Below are positions 35,897 to 47,596 of a stretch of DNA of 64,000 nucleotides, piece after piece. Source of the DNA: the human T2T-CHM13v2.0 reference genome, Homo sapiens; the NCBI RefSeq assembly GCF_009914755.1, contig NC_060934.1. One strand, written 5' to 3'. The notes under the pieces were generated by a model. The model was not told the origin of the DNA. It searched no databases and worked only from the letters and a program-made list of their open reading frames with translations. Positions within the stretch are counted from its first letter, which is position 1, and every line of letters starts with the position of its first letter. The translations under genes and the position numbers were made by a program.

Positions 35897-36428
35897 TTTC
35901 AGAGATAAACAATATTGGAGTTCAGTTAAATAGTAAGAACAAATTTTATTCAGTAATATGTTATTGCAGTAAAGAGTCCAGCATGACCTGAATTCAACTT
36001 TGATTTTTATACATGTGACTGGGCATTTTAAAGATAGAATGAAGGAATAAGGAGGTGGGAGAAAGAGAAGTGCTCAATAGAGTCAGGAATGTTAAGCACT
36101 GTTAAAAGCCAAAGCAGGAAGTGGGCATTGATCTATGTGAAATTCATCTGGATTTGCTAACTGGCACTTATTGATGTTCAGTTTCTACCACCTTAAACCC
36201 CAGAGCCTGGGAGCCAGGGGCCCAATCTTCAGGTACTAATTGGAATAAACTTTATTTTTTTTTTCCCAGCCTTTGAGGAAGACTAGGGTCATCCTAGAGT
36301 TGTGGCCATGAGCTGTTAGAAACTACGTTCGTGTTTTCTTCTAGTCTTTATAGGCCAAGACTGAAGGTTAGTCAAGAAATGGCTCAGAGGAGCCTGGCTC
36401 GAGTCAGGTCAAGGAGAAACTCTTTGCT
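35897..36428 (-). mobile_element. MER67-like solo LTR (ERV1)
   Basis: The right end is the reverse complement of caaagag..tctccttgacc..agccaggctcctctgagcc..ccttggcctataaagact..tttctaacagctc..ggatgaccctag. Confidence 0.7.
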
Positions 36429-36584
36429 ATCTCTTTTTACTTATTAGGAAATGTAAAGGAACAATTCTGCTAATCTGCTATTTGATTATCCAGTGGTACC
36501 AAATTCATATAAAAAGGGAAGAGCTTTATCTCTCAGGTACAGGTTTTCTAGATAAAGAATTGTTCTTAATTATCTTTGAAATTA

Positions 36585-37106
36585 TAATAATCCCCTTCAT
36601 CTGAGATTTCACTTTCTGCGGTCTCAGTTACCTGGTCAGCCATGTCTGAAAATATTAAATGCAAAATTCCAGAAATAAACAATTCATAAGTTTTAAATTG
36701 TGTGTTGTTCTGAGTAGTGGAATGAAATCTAGCACCATCCTACTCAGGCCCACTGAGATGCAAATCATCTCTTCACCCAGCATATCTAGGCTGTATATGC
36801 TACTACTCCTTTAGTTACATAGTAACCCTCTTACTTATCAGGTAAGCTGTTGTGGTATCACAGTGCTTGTGTTCATGTAGCTTTTATTTTGCTCAATAAT
36901 GGCCCCAAAGTGCAAGAGTAATGTTGGCATACTGCTGTGACTGTCCTGTTTTATTGTTGTTATTGTTTGTCTTTATGCCTAATTTATGCATTAAGTTTTA
37001 TCACAAGTATTTGGGCATATGCAAAAGGAGTATATATGAGGTTTGATACTATCCACAATTTCAGGCATCTTGGAACATGTCCTTTGCAAATAAGAAATGA
37101 CTACTC
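36585..37106 (+). mobile_element. MER44B-like (Tigger7-derived) DNA transposon
   Basis: tttcactttctgcggt..aaaattccagaaataaacaattcataagttttaaattg..ggccccaaagtgcaagagta..tactatccacaatttcaggcatc. Confidence 0.8.
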
Positions 37107-37699
37107 TCATTTAAAAAATATATTATTGTGAATTCACTCATTTAAACCTCTTTGGTGGGTTACAAAAATTTTTATCATCATCCTTTTTGAATATTAAATT
37201 GTTCCAATTTTTTCCAATAGGTTATTCTTAGAGTTTAAATTATTTGTGTAAATTGATATATGGATTATATACATAAAGATTAAAAGTGGTATTTGGGTTT
37301 TGTTTTTTAAAAATAGCCAGGTTGTTCTGTACCCAAACAAAAAACTTTTAAATCATTAAGATACCCTGTTAACTCTTTATACTGTGTGTGTTTGTACATG
37401 TGTGTGCATATATGTCTTTGTGTATGCATATTTGTTTATGAGTATATGTGCACATGCATATGTGTTCCTGTATTTGTGTTTGGAGAAACTGTGGTCTCTC
37501 TTTCCAGAATTGTCTGCCACTGACCTCAGTGTGGCTTTATTATATTTCTTTCCTTTGAATGTTTTAAATATTAATTCCAAGATCTTCTGACCTGAACCTC
37601 TGCTACCAAGAAAGTTAATGATAATTTAATTTTCTTCCCCTTGTAAATAACTAGCTGGTTTTTATATTTGGCTAGTCATCCAGAAAAATAATTGAAACT

Positions 37700-39050
37700 C
37701 CAATAGCTTATATTACAGTGAGTATTGGCTTTCTGTTTTGATATTTTCAAGTACTGTATATGATATGATCATTCTACATGTAGTTTCATATCATTCTATA
37801 TATAGTTTTATATACTGTTAGGAAGCTTTTAAGTTTTTGTTTAGTTATAGTTTGTTCTATTTTGTGAAATTGCTTTTGTGTTTCAGAGACTCCTATTATC
37901 CATATGTTGGGTATCTTTTCTCCAATCTAATTTTTATCACTTTCTTTTAAATGTGTTTTAACAAAACTTTTTGTTTATTTTATTTTACTTTCGGTCTACT
38001 TTATAACCTTCTGTTTTTCTTAAGGCATTAGCTGTTGTTTATTCACTCAAGTGTTTCTTGTGTTTTAGAGTTTGTTTATGAAATGATGTATTTTTCTCTT
38101 CTAATTATTTCCCGAGCTATATCACTTCAGATGTGTGTGTCTTCTAATTTTGATATATGTTAGCTTCTACGTGTTACCTTTATTTTCAATGTGTCTTTAG
38201 TTTGTTTTGAAATAAAAATTATAGTTTTGGGGTTTACTCTGATCATGTCTTTTCTGCCATGCTTTTTTTTTCATATTATTTTTTCTTGTAATGATCTGGT
38301 ATTGTATTTGACTTTTGTGCTGCTTAATTTTTTGTAATGAATTTTCCTGAATGTTTAGAAGAATATGTGATTTAGAGTAACTTTCCTATTAGAGGTAGAT
38401 CCCTCTTCCATTGTTTTATTGTAAAATAAAACAAATAAACAAACAAACAAAACAATGGTATCTTGTTTTTGAGATTTCCTGACTCTGTCCCATTTCCCTG
38501 CTTTTATTTGCAACTTCTGTTTCCACCATCTTTCCCACCTGTACACTCAATTTTGATTCCATTCTTGACAATTTCTCTTCAGTTTTGACCCTAAACTGGA
38601 AGGGAACTTTAGTAGGTAAGTTTAGAGAGTTAAAAAGTGAGAACTACCCTAGCCTTCAGTATTACCGTGTGTCTTGTTGGAATCATTTGTTATCAGAGAT
38701 GACAAATATTTTCATCTCTCTAGTTTCAGCTGATTTTTTCAGATTGGCCCATCCAACCTTCTAGTGATTGCCTTATTGGTAATTTGGAATCATCCACATC
38801 TCAGGAACCCCAGAATCCCTGCTGTTTCCTCTTATTTATCTTGAGCAGACTCAGGTACCAGCCTGTTTGTTGCCCTTTGTATTTTATATTTTTATTTGTG
38901 TTTTGGAAATAGTAGAGATATCTGGACATCTTGCTCTGTTGTAGATGTTTCTATTTGGTTTTCATTCTGATATTTAAATGTCCTCTCTGTCTTTATAGAG
39001 GTATTCAAATGAGATGTAAAATCTATACTGAGACTGCCATCTTTCCCTGT
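37700..39050 (-). mobile_element. Ancient L1ME/HAL1 5'-ORF1 remnant
   Basis: T-rich; ttcagagactcctattat..atgttgg ORF1-antisense motif; ends gccatctttcc. Confidence 0.4.
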
Positions 39051-39264
39051 AGAAAGTGTGTTGGTACTAACCAACAAATGCCTGGCCTAGTGCTTGGCTT
39101 ATAAAGACTTAATAAAATATTTATTGACTCCACAATGGAATCAATGTATAAATTCATTCATATACAAATAACTTTCTAAGTATTTGGTTACAAAACCACT
39201 TTCTCCTTTATGTTACTTGAATAGGAGACAGTGAGTCTCACCCTGTCATCAGTTTGATTTATTG

Positions 39265-39384
39265 TAGGATGACTATGCAGTTTGTCTTAAAAAAAAATGC
39301 ACTTGGGTGTGAACTAGAATACATGTAACAACTGTACTGGGTTAACAGGTGAAAACAAACAAACAAGGACATATGGTCCCCCTA
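39265..39384 (+). mobile_element. MER94-like (hAT-Blackjack)
   Basis: Degenerate TIRs taggatgactat..catatggtcccccta; about 120 bp. Confidence 0.55.
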
Positions 39385-41574
39385 TTTATACTTAAGTATT
39401 TTTGCTTAACCTGTTCGAAGAAGATCACATATACTCCCCAAAAGCACAACAGTCACCTCTCCAAATGTGAAGGTTTCTTATCTCACAATTAAAATTCCTT
39501 AAAATACATTAATTAATTTGGAAGCACAGGGAACAATAAATTCCCAAGTGTGGTGATAAGATAGACTAGTAGGAATAAGTTATATTATGTTTTAAGATTT
39601 ACGTTTAATTTCAAATTTTGTCAAATAGCACATGTGGAACAATACTATCTAAAAGAAATATTTCAAAATAAGAATAAGAAATAGGTCCTATAAATAATGT
39701 CTATTGACCTGTTCCCGAGACACACTTAGGCAAGGTAGAATAAGAAGACTGGCAAAGACCAACTATGTATGTAGAATATAACCAAAAAACTAATTGTGCT
39801 GCATCATCTATTTTACTGACAAGGAAATACCTAGTGGAGGTGTAGTACTAATATCAGAAGTCAATCCATTAGAATAAATATTTTAGAAATCATCAATCCA
39901 AGCAAAAATATACTGTCCCAAAGTATCAATGTGGTGCCTGGACTGTCTACCATCTCATATGAACATTTATGTTCATAAGTAAATGTTCATAACATAAATA
40001 ACATTTATGTTATTTTAACGTGTTTCTGTGCTTTTTAGCTCATAAAATAGCTGCTATTATATGTTTAATTTTATCTCTAAGAAAATATTTAATACTTAGT
40101 AATAATGAATTTCTTTACCAAAAACTCAACGAAGAATATTTCTAAAAATACAAATTTTAAAAATCAGCTTTCAGCAACTATAATTTAAATTCATCTGAAT
40201 AATTTAATAGTGAAAATCCTACCTATATTAAATACTAAGATCCGAAGAGTTAATTTGTAGCAAGAACCTTATAGAAAAAACATTTATTCTTGAATTCATA
40301 GTCTTAAGCAAATGAAAATAATGAACATGTACAGTATTTTCTATTATATATTTATTTTTTCTTGTAGTTAAAATATACACAAATACTAAAACAGTAGGCA
40401 TTGCTCCTTATTTTAAAGTTTTATCTTGGATTATGTAGATACTTTTTCATGATATTATTTTTAAATTTAGACCACCTATGTATCCTTCCAGGGCATATTT
40501 TATGGACAATAACTTGACTATATTATTTTTCTTATACAGAAAGAAAAATAATATGCCTTACTGGTATAATTATGTCAATATTATCGTGATAACAAATAAT
40601 TTGGAAAAAATATATATATCTCTCTTTATATATAGAGAGAGAGAGTGAGATTCCAGGACTCTGTAACTTTCTCCTTTTGTTCTTTCTTTTGACAAATGGA
40701 GGCACATTCAATCTAACTTTCTTCTTCAAGAAACTATGCTGTACAGTATGCTTCAATACCTTAGCTTTGCTCTTTGAAGCATCTTTCACCTTAGTAGGCC
40801 ACAAATCAGTGTTTTGCATTTCATTTATCCCTACTGGCATAGTGAAGTGCTCCCAAATGGGCTCCTCAATCTTAATCAGAATGTTTCGGAGCTCAGCCAG
40901 AATCACCAACATGAAGCCCTTTGGCCATAAGGGGCTGTGATGACCACTCATCCTCCTTTTCACTCAGGACTGTGAAATGGATAGGTTGTCCAAAAACAGA
41001 GTTTGCCATCATATCTGCATCATTTTAAAGTGATATATATCTATTGCTATAATGTGTGTGTATGTGGCAGGGGACTTCTCCTACTCAGTGTATGACCTTT
41101 TAATTATTGCAGAAAAATATTTGACAGATACACTCCCAACTGTTGGCCAGGTGGCTTAATTATACTAAATTAGCTTTATTCTTAGATTTTGTTTATTCAT
41201 GACATTTGAATATTGTGGTGGAAGAACCCTTCCTGTAATCAAAAACATATTTTACTTTGTTCTGTGAAGCCTACAAGGGACAGAGGAAGCAGTAGAATTC
41301 TCCTTTTACAGTGTAGGAATTCACAACAAAATTTAGATTAGCTCATCCAAGTACAATGAGATCTTTGATATAACAAGAATTTTCCTATTGTCTATGAATA
41401 ACATCTGATAATAAAAAGCCAAAATCAACAATGACAGTAGACTTATTCTCTACCATACCTATCAACACAAATACACAAACTCAGACATGCACACACATGC
41501 ACACACAGTCTCATATACTGTCATATACTCTGGCATAATTATGTCAACACTATCATGATAACAATATGTTATTT

Positions 41575-41622
41575 AATTATATATATAATTATATATAACA
41601 ATTTATATATATATCTAAATCA

Positions 41623-41665
<43 letters not shown>
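41575..41665. repeat. (TA)n microsatellite
   Basis: Seen directly; lies inside duplicated block B'. Confidence 0.95.
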
Positions 41666-41671
<6 letters not shown>

Positions 41672-41842
41672 CAGAGAAAGAGATATTCCAGGACTCTGTA
41701 ATTTTCTCCTTTTGTACCATTTGGCTTACAAAAACTTAATAAAATATTTATTGAATCCACAACATAATTGATGTATACATTAATTCATATACAAATAATT
41801 GTCTAATAATTAAAAGCAAACTGTCTCCTAACAGCACATCTC

Positions 41843-42370
41843 TGTTAGTTATATACTGCTGTTTTCAAAAGTTCCACAGAACTTAGAGCTGTAAAACAAA
41901 CATTTACTTTCTCATAGTTTCTTTGGATCAGGCATCTGGAAATGTATGGATCTTCTTCCTTAGGATTTCTCACATGCTTAAATTGAGGTGGTGGCTGCAC
42001 GATAGTGACTCCAAAGCTTATCTGGGAAAGGATTCATTTCCAAGCTCAAATGGTCATTGGCAGTATTTAATTTATTGCTGGCTGTTGGACTGAGGTCCTC
42101 AGTTCTTAGCTGGCTCTTAGATAAAGGCTGACCAAAATTCCTTGCCAGGCAGTTTTCTCCAACATGACAGCTTGTATGAAGTCATGAAGGCAAACGAGTT
42201 TGCTAGCAATATGAGATGATATGCCTTTGTAACCTAATGATAGAAGTGATATTGCATCAACCTTTCCATGTTCTATGGTTAAAGAAATCCGCTAGGTTCA
42301 GCCCAACCTCAAAGGGTGGGGAGTTACACAAGGGTGTGACTATCTGGAGGTAGAGATCATAGGGGTGGTT
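41843..42370 (-). mobile_element. MLT1F-like MaLR LTR
   Basis: aaacatttactttctcatagtttct..gatcagg..ttccaagctca..tggctgttggactgagg..ctccaacatgacagc..gaagtga..acacaagggtgtga. Confidence 0.75.
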
Positions 42371-42633
42371 TTATTTTTAATTTTTAAGGCAATAGAGTTT
42401 TATTAGACCCTCTTTTGGAATTAAAAAGTAAAATATTAGCCTCCCACATTTTTGAACATTAAAATTTAGACCACTTTCTCAGCCTGAGTAGTGTCATTAC
42501 TTAGATACAGTGAATACAGAAACCCCAAGGGGCTGAAACTCATAAGACCATTATGAGTTTCACTAATAGGTTTCCACTACTAGGCTGTGTGACCTTGAAC
42601 AAATTGTTCTGTATATGACTCAATTTCCTCATG

Positions 42634-42661
42634 AAAGAAATAAAGAAAGAAAGAAAAAGAC

Positions 42662-42700
<39 letters not shown>

Positions 42701-42779
42701 ATTGGCTTTGACCTTCCCCAGGTACTAGTATGTGGAGATAGAACATGCACCCAGAAAGAAAGAAAAGAAAAGAAAAGAA

Positions 42780-42823
<44 letters not shown>

Positions 42824-42825
42824 AA

Positions 42826-42857
<32 letters not shown>

Positions 42858-42876
42858 AAAAAGAAAGAAAGAAGGA

Positions 42877-42924
<48 letters not shown>

Positions 42925-42982
42925 ATTGGCCTTGACCTTTCCCAGGTACTAGTATGTGGAGATAGAACATGCACCCAGAAAG
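42634..42982. repeat. Compound (GAAA)n STRs alternating with two copies of a 58-bp unique unit
   Basis: STR 42634-42700, unit 42701-42758, STR to 42924, unit 42925-42982. Confidence 0.95.
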
Positions 42983-43632
42983 ACTGAAACATCAGAGAGT
43001 GATATGACCCACTGCTGTGACTCAGGTAAAGGGGGATATAGCAAGAATAGAATAGAAAGCCGGCTATAAAAATGGTAGAACCGAACATGGACTGATTTCT
43101 TTTTTTTCCTTTTTTTTTTTTTTTAAGGTAAGCTTCCCAGTGATAACACCATGGCCCAGGAAAAAATATTCAGTAAGAACCAGGGACCTTTCAAAAAGAT
43201 GCCAAGACAATTCCACAGGGAAACAGCAATCTTTTCAGTAATCAGCAGTGGAACAAATAGATATACACAAGGAAAAGAATGAAGTTGGACTCCTACTTTA
43301 CAAAATATACACAAATTAACTCAAAATGGATCAAAGACCATGGTGAGAACCAAAACTATAAAAATTCATAGAAGAAAACATAGACATTAATCTTCCTGAC
43401 ATTGGATTAGGCAATGGTTTCCTAGACAGGGCACCAAAACCACAAGTGACAAGAAAAAATAATAGGTATCTTGGCCATCAACAAAATTAAAAAGTTTTAT
43501 ACTTCAAAGGACACCCTCAAGGAAGTAAAGACAACCCACAGAAGGGTGAAAATGTTTACAAATCATGTATGTTAGAAAAGCATCTAGAATATACAAATGG
43601 TCCATACAACTCAATAATAAAAGGACAATTTA

Positions 43633-43656
43633 TCCCCAGTAATCTAGTGGTTAGGA
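43633..43656 (+). pseudogene. Probable tRNA-Glu 5'-fragment retrocopy
   Basis: tccccagtaatctagtggttagga matches 20/24 to the tRNA-Glu 5' end TCCCTGGTGGTCTAGTGGTTAGGA; followed by A-rich sequence and interrupts the L1. Confidence 0.55.
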
Positions 43657-43766
43657 AAATAGAAAACTTGAAATAAAATACAAGCCAATTAAAAATGGGC
43701 AAGCAATTTGAACAGACATTTGCCCAAAGAAGATCTATATATGTACAGAGTTATAAATATAGAGAC

Positions 43767-43819
<53 letters not shown>

Positions 43820-44170
43820 CCATTAGACACATGAAAAGATGGTCAACATCAGTAGCGATCAGTGTCATGAAAATATAAACCACAATGAGATACCACTTCA
43901 TATCCACTAAGATGTCATAATCAAAAAGACAGAAAATAGCAAGCATTGATGAGGATGTAGAGAAATTGAAACCCTCATACACTGCTAGTGGGGATGTTAA
44001 ATGACACAGTTGCTGTAGAAAAAGTTGCTGTTGATGTAGAGAAATTGAAACCCTCATCTTCTGCTAGTGGGAATGTAAAATGGCTTAGTTGCTGTGGAAA
44101 ACGGCCTGGCAGTTCCCCAAAAAGTTAAACACAGAGTTGCTATATGACCTAGCAATTTCACGCCTATGTA

Positions 44171-44248
44171 TTAAGTTGGTGCAAAAGTAATTGTGGTTTC
44201 TACCATTAAAAGTAATGGCAAAACCACAATTGCTTTTGCACCAACTAA
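44171..44248. mobile_element. MADE1 (Hsmar1-derived MITE), TA TSD
   Basis: TA|ttaagttggtgcaaaagtaattgtgg...ccacaattgcttttgcaccaactaa|TA; near-palindromic, about 80 bp. Confidence 0.95.
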
Positions 44249-46901
44249 TATATTCCCCAAAGAAATGAAAAAATACATTCACACAAAACTTGTACAAATT
44301 CATAGCATCATTATTCATAATAGCCAGAAAGTAGAAACACCCCAAATGTTAATCAACTGATGAATGGATTAAAAAATGGGGTGTATCCATCCATACAATG
44401 AAATATTGCTCAGCAATAAAAATGAATGAAGAACCATGCTTAACTTGGATGACTGTATAAAACATTATGCTTAGTGAAAGAAGCCAGTCACAAAAGACTG
44501 TGTTACTGTATTATTTCATATATATGAAAAGTCCAGAAGAGGTCAATCTTATATAGAAAGTAGATTCATGATTGCCTACAACTAGGGGAGTTGGGGATGG
44601 GGGAAGTAGGGGAATGATAACTAAAGAGTCCGAAGTTTCTTTTGGGATGATGGCACTGATCTAAAATTGATTGTAATTCTGTGAATTGATTGTGGTTCTA
44701 TGAATTTACTGAAAATCATAGAATTGAACACTAGAAATGAGTTAACTATACAGTATGTTAATTATATCTCAATAATAGGGGAGGTTTTAGAGATCTGTTT
44801 TTCACACTGATTAAAGGGAAGTACTTGCTAAGAGCTGGACAAGTCAGTTCTGTAATCATTGGCTCGTTACCCATTTTGACTAACTGAATTTTCAGAAGCA
44901 GATACTGAGATGGAGTATAGGAAGTAAAATGTTCATTAAAGGGATCCATCAGACTGGAGCTAAAGATCTGTGACTATGGAATATAAAATTAAATTTTGAT
45001 TGTATTCTATTATATCTGGTCCTTTCATATGGCGTAAGACTTTTGATGTGGTTACCTGAAGTGCATAGATATCTAATAGTGAAATACAAGTGTGTTTTGT
45101 TTCTTAAATTCCTGGCAAAAGGTTCAGCTTCAACATAAAAGTTCCAGAACCAATTGAAATTAAATATAGGTAAAGAAATAGCTGTTTTCCTTCACTTCTT
45201 CGTAAGTATCTTCATTAGTTCATCATCAGTATCTCTCCCCTTGTCTAATTGGAAAATTATTTTTAATTTTAGTAGTCTTTTATGAAAGTCAGTATTGTTG
45301 TCTCAGATATAGGAGTTATAATCCTGGCACATGCTCGTATTATGAGAAAAATTAAATGAAACAATATATGCAGAATGTCTGGGTCAGAGCAGGTGCTCTT
45401 ATTAATACAGGAAGGATAGAGACAGACACCTCAGTGATTTGTTGAGGTTCAATGCCAGTTTAGGGATAATCTGAAAAACACTTTTTAGTCTGTTTCAGGA
45501 TACAGAGGCAGGAAAACAGTCACATACAGAATATACTTGGAAAAATTGCCAAGTATCTGAGTTAGGTAGAGAAAGAACTTCCTAGATTGTTTTTAATGCT
45601 ACAATGCAGGAAGCAGACTAGCTTATAAACATGTTATTGAATAAAGAAAATATATCTCCTTTAGATACAAAAAATCTTTTATCCTTTTAAGATCCAATAA
45701 TAACATAGGCTTCAGTAATGTAAACTGTGTTATATTTTGAAATATCTAAGCTACCTTTCTCTATAATCATATCTTTATTACATTTTGTCTGAAACTGCAT
45801 GCCAAATTCTTTAAACTTAAAGCAGCATGTGAAATACAGCATTTGCCTAGTACTATTTTTTTTCTCCAGAGATAAGTATAAAATGATATGTGATGGTCTA
45901 TTTTATGCTTATTATATTATAAAAAGCACTAAAATAAGAAAGTGGAAAACAAGAAAGCAATATCTGATCACTTTGCCCTGGCATGCCCACCACCTTATGG
46001 TATTAATAAAACTGAAAATCCCCAAAAGTTGTACCGGTTTTTGTTTTTACGTTTACCTTAAAAAAAACTATGAAACTGAACTCTACTTCTAACAGAGTAG
46101 TCCTAAATATGAGGGAAATTTTTTAATATGTCAAATTGTCCTACTGATATTTATACTTAGAAAATATGCAATGTAGAATAAAGAGAATTAATGCTATTCT
46201 TTGCTCTTCATTGCCTTCTGCCTAAGTGCATACCATTACAAGACATTTTAACACAATTATTCACAATGAAATGTGATGATTGCCATTCAAAATTATAACC
46301 AAATTGACACCATTAAAATTAACCAAATGAGCCTGCTACCTGTCCATCTGTTGGTAAAAGTAAAGGGAATTGACAACTACTACACACTGTGCTTGACACT
46401 GCAGGGGAAGCAAAGATGAGGTTTTATAACTTCACCTCACCTCACCTCATCCATTCATGAAGACTGGAGAATAATTTAATACTGGAATATCATACAGCAT
46501 AAGATAATTGCCCTTGAAGAAGTTTATAGAAATGACACTTGGAATTCCAAAAGAGCAAAACAATCCATTTAAGAATAAGAAAGTTATTGTGGAGAGGATA
46601 GGATTTAGACTGGACTTGGAATGAGTGGGGAGAGTTTCAGTTTCTGGGGAAAGATGATAGGCAGTTTGACAGAAAAGGAGTAAGCAAAAGCATGGAGTGC
46701 GTGTTGTGATTTGCTTAGGAACTAGCATGCATCTTATAGAGCAGAACCATAGGAAACAAGACCAGATATGGGTGTGGGAAGGCAAGATAATTGGTTTCAA
46801 GTATCTTTCTCAAAGTAGTGGGAAATCAGAATAAATAATTCAAACTTAATTCACAAAAACAAGAGAGGCTTTTAAAGTTTTGTTAATGGGGGAATGATGA
46901 T

Positions 46902-47427
46902 TGTGGTAACCAGCCTCCGAGATAGCCCACAATGATTCTAGCTTACTGGTATACATACAATTTTATGGTACCCTCCCCAACCTCATAGTGTACTACAATT
47001 TTGTCTTTGTAACTAACTGAATATGGCAGAAGTGATATATACCCCTTCCAAGATTAGATTATAAAACATACTATGATTTCAATCTTGCTCTCTTTCATTT
47101 TTTTGTCTCCCTTGCTCATCCCTCACACTTGGGAAGCCATGTCATAAACCCTATGGAGAGGCACACATGATAAAGAACATAAGCCTCCTGCCAACAGCCA
47201 TGCAGCTAAGATTGAAAGCACATCTTCTAGCTGCAATCAAGTCTCAGACACTATAGCCCACTTAACACCTTGATTGCAACCACATGAGAGACCCTGAACT
47301 ATAACTGCCCTGCAAAATTTCTCCCAGATTGCTGACTCTCAGAAACTATGTGAATAATAAATGTTTGTTGTTTTTAGGGTGACAAATTTGAACATTATTT
47401 GTTATGCAACAATAAATGACTACCACA
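46902..47427 (+). mobile_element. MLT1F2-like MaLR solo LTR inserted in an L2 remnant
   Basis: TGTGG..cagcctccgagat..atatggcagaagtga..atggagaggc..gcctcctgccaacagcca..gagagaccctga..cagaaactatgtga..aataaatg..acA; flanks atgat/aagat. Confidence 0.8.
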
Positions 47428-47596
47428 AAGATGGATGGATTTAATACTATTAAGTTATTCATGTGGCAGTAGAATTCTGGGTAGATTAAGAGAGAAAGCC
47501 ACAATAAATGAGAAGACCAATTTTAGTAATGTACTATGTACTTTTTATACATTTCCTCATTTAGTGACCCAGGTTATGTTTTAAGAGATATGCTAT

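Larger units (their letters stand above)
43190..44775 (+). mobile_element. L1MB-type LINE-1 3' portion (end of ORF2 plus 3'UTR)
   Basis: gccaagacaattc..tcaaaatggatcaaagac..cacaatgagataccacttca..gtgaaagaagccagtcacaaaag..attatatctcaataa; contains a (TA)n at 43770-43815. Confidence 0.85.

Noticed and set aside
42701-42982. Repeat-spacer pattern as a CRISPR-like array
   Set aside because: Primate DNA, only two units, spacers are microsatellites, no cas genes.
42540-43088. 182-aa F/L/S-rich and K/E/R-rich ORFs
   Set aside because: Translations of (GAAA)n, which lacks stop codons.
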